From NCBI RefSeq assembly GCF_006345805.1, contig NC_042999.1, positions 110,670,001 to 110,734,000 on the forward strand: 64,000 nt of DNA, written 5' to 3'. A program made the translations under genes and the position numbers. Shown one piece after another: positions 52,732 to 64,000 of this stretch (its first letter is position 1; each line of letters starts with the position of its first letter). The DNA is from Octopus sinensis (lineage: Eukaryota). A model generated the notes under the pieces. That model saw nothing but the letters and a program-made list of their open reading frames with translations. It did not search any database and had not been told where the DNA came from.

Positions 52732-52950
52732 TTAACCCTTTTAATACTGGCTTGCCTGGGGCTGCCTCTGGATCTGTAATGTAAACTTCTTATTTTAAAG
52801 AGATCTAAATCACAAGATCCCATCAAAATGTCATATTATGTTCCAAACAACAGTTGAATAAGGATAAAATAATTTTACTAAATTCTTCATTATTTTCAAA
52901 GCTAATAAAAAATAACAATATGTTTCAACTGAGATATAATAAGGGGTTAA
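52732..52950. mobile_element. piggyBac-like MITE
   Basis: TTAA|CCCTT ... AAGGGG|TTAA termini. Confidence 0.65.
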
Positions 52951-53134
52951 TGAGAATTGCTGTTAATTATTGTATTAAGTCCTTAAATTTTTTGATTATC
53001 TTCAAAATTAATTAAATCCCATATTTTATTAGAATAAAGTCATGAAAGGATTAACCATGCTTAATTTTTATCCTGTGTTGATTTTCTATTCTCTCATTAT
53101 TCTCACTAGACTGATCTCTCCGTTTCACTTCTCT

Positions 53135-53175
<41 letters not shown>

Positions 53176-53370
53176 TTCCATGCCATTATTTACGGTATAA
53201 TAATAGAGATAATATAAATTCAGTCTTTTGGTGATCCAAATATATAGGTTTGCATCAAGGTATGATTTCAAGAAATAAAATAGCCTGCACTAAATAAAGA
53301 AAAAAAAAGAAAGAAAAAATATAGTAGTACAAGTTAATTATTTTTATGTGGTAAAGAAAAGACAAGTAAA

Positions 53371-53407
53371 TTCAACATTTCGGACTGTATTGGTCCTTCA
53401 TCAAGAA
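53371..53407 (-). ncRNA. Minimal hammerhead remnant (additional family)
   Basis: TTC-TTGATGA-A-GGAC(CAATACA)GTCC-GAAA-TG-TT-GAA; C3 and the stem III CpG are mutated to T. Confidence 0.6.
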
Positions 53408-53903
53408 AACGAAAGAAGAATAAAAGGAAATGACCATTCTGTAGGAGTTATATCTTATGATGAAAGTCACATTTTAAGGGGATAAAACGGAAAACTTTTA
53501 ATGAATTCCTTTGAAGCATTCATCTTTTTTTTTTCTCTGCTTTTACTTGACTGAAGGTCTCTATTTGAATCATTGAACATACTCTTCCATACAACATAAA
53601 ATTAGTTACCTTGGACTCAAGATTATTTTGATTTTAGTTTCTGTTCCTGAAACTTTTGAGATAGGTAGTAGGCATACTTTAACTATAAAGTAAGTATAGG
53701 AAAATAAGAGCTGGAATGGGCCATAGCTCTTGATATAACCAAGTAATAAACCAGACTCTAATAAAATGAAGGAATGAATCATGTCTTACTCATTCTTGGT
53801 TTTTCAGTACATATGCATATATGTGTGTGTATAGGTGTCTATGTAAGCATATACACATACATGTATACTTGCCCAAGGGAGATATTTTTCTACAATTCAA
53901 TAG

Positions 53904-54014
53904 TGTATGTGTTTTTATTTTTGTTACCAATGGTTCCATCACACTGGACTCGCAACAGCTGAAGACATGCAAGATTTATTGAATTGTTTGACACAAGAAC
54001 TTAATGTCCTAAAT
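53904..54014 (+). other. Candidate host exon (unverified)
   Basis: AG at 53902-03, open phase-0 frame CMCFYFCYQWFHHTGLATAEDMQDLLNCLTQELNVLN, consensus donor GTAAGT at 54015. Confidence 0.25.
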
Positions 54015-54906
54015 GTAAGTCTCCGAAACTGTCTCATTTAATGTATATATGCACTTGTTTGTTCGTTCGTGTGTGTGTGTGTAAGTACAGAGAGATTTCC
54101 ATAATTTTTAATGATGAGCCACCCATTAGTTTGATCAACAAACAGTATGCTTGTCAAAATTATCAAATAAGTAGTTAAACATTCCATAAGCACATGTTCT
54201 TAGCATCATTTCCAGAGAGAATCAACGTGTTATAAAGTGAGACAAAGCTAATCCTTTGAACTATAAGTGCATGCAGCTGATAACCTTCCAAACAGCTTCC
54301 ATCCACCCAATTTCACCAACAATGCATGTGTTGACACAAGGCTAGAGTAACAGATCTTTGCCCAAGAAGCCATGCAATGGACCAAATCTGGAGCTCATGA
54401 TTTGAAAGAAAATTCTTTGCCATTCAACCATAACTGTAACCAAGTATGTCTTGAGCTGACAGGTTCCTTAGGCAGTAGCTTCTCCTGGTTTCTGTGATGT
54501 TAACAGCCTGAGAGTACAAGGCTTCCCCAGTATATTGTAAGTTTAATTCCTGCTCATTTTCAACTGAGGTAACTGGAGCCCCTTGCTCCTTGGACAAAAT
54601 GTACTACTTGAACAAGGAATTAAACTCACAACTTACTATCTTGAACCCAATATCCTAACCGTTTGGTCACATGCCCACACAGACACACAGACACACACAC
54701 ACACTGTATGTAAGTATGTATGTATGTATGTATATATGTGTGTATATATATATATATATATGGCTTAGGTATAGTGATATTAATAACCTGATTTTAGAAC
54801 TCAGTATATGTATGTTTCATAACAGAGCATTAGTTGAGTACAGAATATGTATATTTATATACATACATACATACATACATACATACATACATACATACAT
54901 ACATAC

Positions 54907-54946
<40 letters not shown>

Positions 54947-55010
54947 TGATGAACAGAATGATAGATCAGTAAATAAACAGATATACATATACAATTATAT
55001 ACATGTATAT

Positions 55011-56695
55011 CCGAACGTGGCCGTAGTCAGTACCGCATCACTGGCCATCGTGCTGTGGGCACATAACAAACACCATCCGGTCGTGGCCGTTCGCCAGCCT
55101 CATCTAGCACCTGTGTCGGTGGCACATAAAAAGTAGTCAGTACCGCTTGTGGTACCAGTGCCGGTGGCACACAAGAATCCATCCGAACATGGCCGTAGTC
55201 AGTACCGCATCACTGGCCATCGTGCTGCGGGCACATAACAAACACCATCCGGTCGTGGCCGTTCGCCAGCCTCATCTAGCACCTGTGTCGGTGGCATATA
55301 AAAACACCATCCGAAGACCCGGCAGGACTAGTCAGGCCATAAACCATGGCCCCTACCTGGGACGTAGTCAGTCCACCTGTGCATACCTTCCTCCTTGTGA
55401 TACTTGTGAAGGCCTGTTGAGGCAAGTGAAAATCAAAATCAAAATCAAATCAAAACAAATCAAAATAGATGAACATCAATGGAATTTGTATCTTTGTGGT
55501 ACCAGTGCCGGTGGCACACAAGAGAAAACCATCCGAAAGTGGCCGTAGCCAGTACCGCATCGACTGGCCTCCGTGCTGTGGGCACATGACAAACACCATC
55601 CGATCGTGGCCGTTCGCCAGCCTCATCTAGCACCTGTGTCGGTTGCACATAAAAACACCATCCGAAGACCCGGCAAGACTAGTCAGGCCATAAACCATGG
55701 CCCCTACCTGGGACGTAGTCAGTCCACCTGTGAATACCTTCCTTCTTGTGACACTTGTGAAGACCTGTTGAGGCAAGTGAAAATCAAAATCAAAATCAAA
55801 ACAAATCAAAATAGATGAACATCAATGGAATCTGTATCTTGTGGTACCAGTGCCGGTGGCACACACTTTGTGGTACCAGTGCCGGTGGCACACAAGAGAA
55901 CCATCCGAACGTGGCCGTAGCCAGTTCCGCTTCGACCGGCCTCCGTGCTGTGGGCACATGACAAACACCATCCGATCGTGGCCGTTTGCCAGCCTCGTCT
56001 GGCACTGTGTCGGTGGCACATAAAAACACCTTCCGAAGACCCGGCAAGACTAGTCAGTCCACCTGTGCATACCTTCCTTCTTGTGACACTTGTGAAGACC
56101 GGTTGAGGCAAGTGAAAATCAAAATCAAAATCAAAATAGACAAAATAGATGAACATCAATGGAATTGTATCTTGTGGTACCAGTGCCGGTGGCACGTGGC
56201 ACATAAGAGAACCATCCGAATGTGGCCGTAGCCAGTACCGCATCGACTGGCCTCCGTGCTGTGGGCACGTAACAAGCACCATCCGATCGTGGCCGTTTGC
56301 CAGCCTCATCTGGCACCTGTGTCGGTGGCACATAAAAACACCATCCGAGCGTGGCCGTCTGCCAGCCTCGTCTGGCACCTGTGTCGGTGGCACATAAAAA
56401 CACCATCCGAGCGTGGCCGTCTGCCAGCCTCGTTTGGCACCTGTGTCGGTGGCACATAAAAACACCATCCGAGTGTGGCCGTTTGCCAGCCTCGTCTGGC
56501 ACCTGTGTCGGTGGCACATAAAATCACCCACTACACTCTCGGAGTGGTTGGCGTTAGGAAGGGCATCCAGCTGTAGAAACACTGCCAGATCTGACTGGAC
56601 TGGTGCAGCTTTCGGGCTCCCCAGACCCCAGTTGAACCGTCCAACCCATGCTAGCATGGAAAGCGGACGTTAAATGATGATGATGATGATGATGA
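55011..56695 (+). repeat. Higher-order tandem amplification of an RTE-type LINE 3' UTR
   Basis: TGTGGTACCAGTGCCGGTGGCAC recurs at ~55148, 55496, 55840, 55869 and 56173; ~60-bp monomers (AAACACCATCCGA..GGTGGCACAT); ends in the standard tail plus (GAT)n. Confidence 0.9.
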
Positions 56696-57455
56696 TATAT
56701 GGACATACACACACATGCACACACATGCACACACACACACACACACCACACACACACACACACATGCGTGTGTCAGTGCATGAATATAAGATTATACTTT
56801 CATAAACAACACACTTTGGTACTGCATTGTGATTCTGGGTAGCATATGCTTTGCAAACACCAGGTAGTTCACAGATGAATAGTTAGAAGTAGGAAGTGTA
56901 TACAGCTGTGAAAACAATAGTTACAACATTACGCAAAAGTACATATTTGCAAACAAAAATAATTGTCCCACTCATTCTCCTATGGAAAAAATAGTTGCAA
57001 AACAAGCAAACAGACAAACACAGACATTCACACACAGAGTTTAACCTTGGGTGGCAGGTTTCACATGCTGCTCTCTTTCATACCACAACATGGTTCTTAG
57101 CAGAGCTCATTCTGTGGTAAGCATTCCGACCAGATTCCCATTTCCTTTAGCTCCCATCATGTTTTTTTTTTCCTGAAGCCACTCACTTGTAGATGTTCAG
57201 ACTGCATATCAACCACACACCAGTTTTAACTCGTCTGGGAATGTCTTTCAAACAAAGGGGTAGTTTACACCCTTCTATGACAAACATATTTTAAAAAACT
57301 AATCCAACAACAATACCACTAGCCTATATGTATGCATGCATGCTTATTGTCTTCTTGTTATTCTGCAGATAGTGAAGAAGATACATATACACCCATATGC
57401 ACACACACACACATACATATATATATATACATATATATATATATATGTATGCATG

Positions 57456-57490
<35 letters not shown>

Positions 57491-57491
57491 G

Positions 57492-57580
<89 letters not shown>

Positions 57581-57632
57581 TATATATATATAGTGTGTTG
57601 TGTGTATATATATGCGTATATATATACACTGT

Positions 57633-57673
<41 letters not shown>

Positions 57674-58253
57674 CGTGTTGTGTATATATATATATATATA
57701 TATGTCTGTATGTATGAATGTATGTATGTATGCATGTGTGTTTGTGTGTTGGTGTATATGAGTGACTGTGTGCACGTATGCATTTCAGACCTTTGTGATC
57801 TGTGTTATGTCTGTGAGTGTGTAGTGTTATGATACAACAGAAAGAAAGTCAGTGATTTCTAAGTCCTCTACCCCTCTCCCCACTCCATTTCACTTACATA
57901 TTTCTTCCTTATGCCCTTTGGAAAGTCTTGAGTATCTCAACTTCCTGTTTCCTTTCCTTTGTACACCTAGCATTTTATTCCTAAGTAATAAAACATACAG
58001 GTTTATGGGGATATGAATTTATATAAATATGTATAGAAACTCACTGACATATATACATGTGTATGTTTGTGTATCTGTGTGTGTGTGAGAGAGAGAGAGA
58101 AAGAAAGTGTATGTGTGTGCATTTACATATACATATATATATATATATATCATATAAATTTATATATTTTTAGTTTTAAATACATATATATAATATATAT
58201 ATATATATATATGAATAGATAGACAAATAACTATGCAGATAGATATCTATATT

Positions 58254-58308
<55 letters not shown>

Positions 58309-58492
58309 ATTTATATATACACACACATGCGCACACACATACACACATGCACACATATATAATGTATATAAATATATATATATATAATATTTATGTATCC
58401 ATGTATATGTATGTATGCATGTATCTATCTAGCTCTCTATCTATCTCTTTCTGTCACCCTCTCTCTCTCTATGCACACACACATGCACACAT

Positions 58493-58553
<61 letters not shown>

Positions 58554-59107
58554 TATGTATGTTTATAGATATTGAAGTATCCTTGATAGTCTCTTTACAA
58601 TATACCTCCTGTATTTAATCCTTTCCACTCCTATTTTCCTTTAGGGACCATTTTGAAATTATTTCTTACTACCTTTCTGAAACAATTACCATTTCTCATT
58701 GTTATGCTTTGTAACTATTTCATTCTTTCTCCCAACCTCACCATGTATTCCTAATACCAGCAATGCTAGATTTTGAGTGACTAAATGTGTAACCAGCTTT
58801 AGTTCAATAGCAACTGAGAAGGTGAATAGTCACCAAAACCTTTGAATATCCTGAGAGTAAATTATGGTAAATATTCCATATTTGCTTTATGCACTACATT
58901 CTGATACATTTTGCCCATTTGTTTAATTCCCAATGGCATAAAATCATAGCACTAACTACCTGCTGAGTCATTGTACACCCTTGGTGATTAAATATCACAT
59001 TTAGTTGAATTAAGATCATACTACCTAGGTTCATGTACATCTTTCATCTACATGTGTTTATATAGATAGACAGACAAATAGACGAGCGGATAGATAGATA
59101 AATAGAC

Positions 59108-59175
<68 letters not shown>

Positions 59176-62100
59176 GTGTTTGTGTGTGTGTATGTGTGTA
59201 TGACTGTGAGAGCATGTATGTGTATCTGTGTGCCTCTGTGTGTGTGTGTGTGCGTGTGTATGTGTGTGCATGCGTGTGTGTGTGTGTGAATGTATTAATT
59301 AAGTAGAACACAACTCCAGTCTAATCCAGTGATTAAGTGCATCACAAATCTTTGAAAGTAAGAAGGAAAAAAAAACACAGCATAAAAGTAAAACAAAGTA
59401 TAACAAATAACAAACATACAAGCAAAAACATAAATAAATCAGTTTGAATGGAATGTGTAGATATTCTGTGAATCTTTTCCAACAACACTCAGTTGCCAGC
59501 ACGCGCCCAATGAAAATAAAATTAACAACCGTGTTATGAGTGACAGCAGCAACTGTTTTTCAGATTTGCCCATTTGATTTACTTGAGCTATCTTTGGTAT
59601 GTAGAGACAGCTCGTCATGTGTTTCTTAATTGCCATTCATTTTTAAATTTAGATAAAACAACCATTTCTTTCTCCATCTAACTAAATGCAACCTATATTG
59701 TTCCTGACTGCTTTAATTTTATCTCCTCAAAGAAAGGGAGTTCAAATTTGATCTCATTTAGCTCAGACGTTTCCTAACAAACTGTTGTTCTGTGAGGTTT
59801 GTATATATTTCAAATTTTAGTATGCAAAAACAGGGCCCCTGTTTTTGATACTGGATGCAAGTGAAAGGTGAAAAAAGCTGTAGTGAAAGTTGTATATTTG
59901 ACGTAGAAGGAAAGAGATTTTGGATGCAATGAAAACTGAAAGGAAACATGTAGGTCTTCTAGATGTGAAGCAGTGGTTCAGTGTATAGGGTGAGAAGAGC
60001 AGGTGGAACTTAGTGGCAGAAGCTGTTAGAGAGGAGAAGAAGAACGGTAGGGGCATAAAAGTTGCACAGTAAAGATTTCAAGGTGCTTAGGTATAGTGAG
60101 ATAAAATAGACCAGAAGCACATCTTGTGGAAAAACCTACTTTGAATGTCTGCAAGAGCATTCAGCTTTGTAATTGTTTCTCATTTGATGTGCTGCCATCT
60201 AAAAGTGAGATGTGCAAATAAATTAAAAAATCAAGAGAACTTCCAGAGCATTTTTTGTTGCACTGATCTTCTTGTAACTTATATTTGGAGGCACAATCAA
60301 GCATACAGGCAGCTAGCAGAAATTACAAGCAAGTTATACAAGTGAGGAAGAATAAGAAACCACAGCAGGTGAAAAATATTGAATTTATGAAAGAGAAGCA
60401 AAAGAAAAGGGCTGAGGAAATGATTACTCTATTTTCATATTTGTGAGATGTTAGCTGTGAGAGATGACTGCAAGATGTTGGTGGAAGAGAAAGGAAAGGA
60501 GACAATGCCAGCAGAAGTGGTGAAGATGACTTTGAGATGTCATCTGGTTTTTGTGTCAGAGTAGCAGGTTGTCTTCATCATAAAATTGACTGTCATGTGG
60601 GACTAAAAGAATTGTTGGGGATAAGGGCAGATAAAAAGAATTGGATAATAAAATAGCATATACATCTCTCATACTAATATACTGTATGTACTCACAAGCA
60701 AATTCATGTGAATAGATCTCCATTTGCTTGGAAAATGCACATTCAGTGCTTTCCTCAACTGAACTACCTGGTTATTGAATTTACTTGCATGTGGCTGTGT
60801 ATTCCACAGACGTGTGCTCTAAACATAATCATTGGGTAGAATCACCATGACATTGTAACAAGCCTGGCACTTTGAATTATGGGTAAAGTCTGATTGATGG
60901 ACTTCCACAATGCTTCTGTCTACCCAGATTCACTTACCAGTCAAGGCTTATAGTAAAAGGCACTTACCCAAGATAGTATGCAAGAAAGCTTGGCTCAGGA
61001 CCTTATGATTTTGAGGCAAACTTCTTAACCTTTCAGCTAAACTGTATCCATGATATACACAAATACAGACATGTACAGGTACTTGAACCCCTCCCCTGCA
61101 CACACACAAATAGGTGTAAGTTTGTTTTTATGAAGTATCTCCAATGCTAATGTAGTCATAAAAAGTGAGCTCCTAATACACTGAGTGAAAAGAACCCTTG
61201 GAAAGTAAAGATAGACAGGCTCCTGTGGGACTTGAACCACAACTTATTCTGGATTACATTACATAATGCAATTACATTACATAATTACGTTTTCATATAA
61301 TTTTTTATATCAGTACCTGAGCCATCAGTAATGTCAGCATGTCTTCTACTAAACTTAGAGATAACTACATTTTGGCTTGTATGTATGAATATTTGATTTT
61401 TCCAGTTGGAGGTATTCTTGAAATATGTACATGATGGAGGTTGCTAATCAGAATATGAAGATGTAATTAAAATTGTCAAAATAATAAGAAAATAAGAAAA
61501 TTCATTTTATTACTCCCCAAATATACAGGTTTGATTTCTTTCGATATTCTTTTATTCTTTTATTCTTACTTGTTTCAGTCATTTGACTGTGGCCATGCTG
61601 GAGCACTGCCTTTAGTCGAACAAATTGACCCCAAGACATATTCTTTGTAAGCCTAGTACCTATTCTATTGGTCTCCTTTGCCAAACCACTAAGTTACAGG
61701 GATGTAAACACACTAACATCAGTTGTCAAGCGATGGAAGGGGAACAAACACTTACAAACAGTAACACACAAATACATACATACATATATATATTCTTTTA
61801 TTTGTTTCAGCCATTTGACTGTAGCCATGCTGGAGCACTGCCTTTAGCCGAATAAATCGACCCCAGGACTTATTCTTTGTAAGCCTAGTACTTATTCTAT
61901 CAGTTTCTTTTGCTGAACTGCTAGGTTACGGGGACAAACACAGATACATAAACACACACACACATATATGCAACGGGCTTCTTTCAGTTTCAGTGTACCA
62001 AATCCACTCACAAGGCTTTGGTTGGCCCAAGGCTATAGTAGAAGACATTTTCCCAAGGTATCACACAGTGGGATTGAACCCAGAACCATGTGGTTGGTAA

Positions 62101-63512
62101 GCAAGCTTTTTACCACACACCCATTTCTATGCATATAGCTACTCCTTTGCCTATAGCCATTCCTGTGTCTATATATATGCACGATGGACTTCTTTCAGTT
62201 TCCATCAACCAAATCAATTCAGAAGGCTTTGGTCGGCCTAAGGCTAAAGTAGAAGACACTTACCCAAGATCCCATGCAGTGGGATTGCACCTGGAACCAT
62301 GTGGTTGGAAAGCAAGCTTCTTACCACACAGCCACTCATGTACAACTTTTTTTTAGTCAATGATCCATTCATTATTCTGATGTCTTGGATATGAAAGGTC
62401 ATAGCAATAATCAGTGCCGGCAATAATTTCTGTAGGATATCTGTACAGATAACCCTAACAAGTGATGTAAAGCACACTGCTAACACAGAAGAACATGGTA
62501 TTGACTTATAAAAGCATTTAATATGCTTTACAGTATGTTATGGTTGCATAACAAAATACCGTACCCCTACAAGTCATTAATAGCAAATATATATACATAT
62601 TAACAAATGGGTACATGATTATACATTTACATACATTTTATAATGGTTTTTAAGAGACAGCAGGTTTATTTTATGCAAAAAATTGCACACTTATAACATT
62701 TTTGACACATTCTGTGCAAAAGCTTAAAATGTACATAATAAGCATTGTTATTCATATTCCCTGCAAAAGTTTCTGAAGGACAATATTTCTTGTATAAACA
62801 TGAGGAGGCACTAACATCTTGGCCCCCTGAAATTTCTATCTGTAATTGCAAATTTTTTTGTTTTTCTTCTGCAGAAATATGCTAAAGCTTAATACATGAA
62901 ACCTCTCAGTAGGATGATTATAAGGTAATAGTGGAATATAGCAGAATACATGAAGTAGAATAATTAATAGTGGAATAAATTCATATACAAATGCGCATAG
63001 CATGTTGAATTTATATTGATGACACATAACATAGCCATATTGATTAGATTTTCCATTAAGAAAACAAAGAAAATTAATTTAATCACCAGAATTTATGAAC
63101 ATAGGAAAAACGTTGATTGAGCATTAAAGGACACAGAAGTTAGAAGACTAAACTTTCAAATACAAAATAATAAGCAGAAGAGCTCCACCCATTAACTACA
63201 CATGTCTATAAGTCGCCAAATGATGTTACCTTGAAACACTGTATATATCATCCCAAATCTGTCTCTGTCAAATTCTCAACTTTGACTAGTTTGAAATATT
63301 TTCAAGAGAAAGTTTACAATTCTGGTTGTGGATGAAGAAGACTGTGGGAACAAATTTAGCAATTTTTGGCAAAAAATGTACCCTTTTGCCAAGTTGTAAC
63401 AAAAGGTTAACAGTTGGATAGATAGACAAATGTAACAAAATAATTTGACAAAAAATGTGAATTTTTAATTATTTTCTGAGATTTTACAAAAACAACAAAA
63501 ATATTGGAATAA

Positions 63513-63547
<35 letters not shown>

Positions 63548-63581
<34 letters not shown>

Positions 63582-63830
63582 GTTTAGCGTCCGTTTTCCA
63601 TGCTAGCATGGGTTGGACGGTTCTACTGGGGTTTGTGAAGCCAGAAGGCTTCATCAGGCCCAGTCAAATCTGGCAGTGTTTCTACGGCTGGATGCCCTTC
63701 CTAACGCCAACCACTCCGTGAGTGTAGTGGGTGCTTTTTACGTGCCACCCGCACAGGTGCCAGACAGAGCTGGCAAACGGCCACGAACGGATGGTGCTTT
63801 TTATGTGCCACCGGCATGAGGGCCAGGCGA
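63548..63830 (-). mobile_element. RTE-type 3' end
   Basis: Reverse complement of the 13738 / 56520 tail with (GAT)n. Confidence 0.85.
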
Positions 63831-64000
63831 TATATATATATATATATATATATACATAAAAATACACTTTGTGTGTTATATATATCGATATGATTCTTGA
63901 CTGTTCCTTGCTGTTCATGTAATTATGATTTTTAAACTTACTACAGCCACCTGATTCTGTTTGCCTTAGTTTCATATCACAATAAAAAATACTTGTGTTT

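Noticed and set aside
55011-56520. CRISPR-like repeat array
   Set aside because: Eukaryotic context, no unique spacers of uniform length, no cas genes; units are internally repeated LINE UTR sequence.
55147-56673. Long overlapping ORFs up to 283 aa
   Set aside because: By-product of GC-rich tandem repeats open on both strands; no recognisable domain.
57038-57116. Open 79-nt segment FNLGWQVSHAALFHTTTWFLAELIL with GTAAGC donor
   Set aside because: Acceptor lacks a pyrimidine tract and the phase does not join the 53904 candidate; unsupported.
1817-59311. Numerous ORFs rich in YI/CV/HT/MYV repeats in the ORF track
   Set aside because: They are translations of (TA)n, (CA)n and (TATG)n microsatellites, which lack stops; no coding signal.
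59800-60650. Possible decayed RTE endonuclease region
   Set aside because: Only vague similarity; no diagnostic motif readable.

Overview
Eukaryotic, repeat-saturated, essentially gene-free (intronic or intergenic) DNA. The repeat families match those I recognise from octopus/cephalopod genomes; this is recognition, not a database result. It contains dense (TA)n/(CA)n/(TATG)n/(GATA)n/(AAT)n microsatellites, which generate most ORF-track entries as artefacts. It also contains many tRNA-derived SINEs of 3-4 families, fragments of RTE, CR1 and R4/REL-type LINEs, Tc1/mariner/hAT/piggyBac/Helitron remnants, and a split Penelope-like (PLE) GIY-YIG coding remnant that the ORF track misses. The main hidden signal is a set of about 10 type I hammerhead-ribozyme (HHR) motifs or remnants from about five sequence-unrelated short-repeat families. 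Two of these families occur as long head-to-head palindromes (129-bp and 195-bp arms), and most have 3' ends abutting (TA)n tracts. A third perfect palindrome (106-bp arms) lacks an HHR. These fit PLE pseudo-LTR remnants in inverted configuration. No host protein-coding gene is confidently identified; one weak candidate exon lies at 53904-54014.
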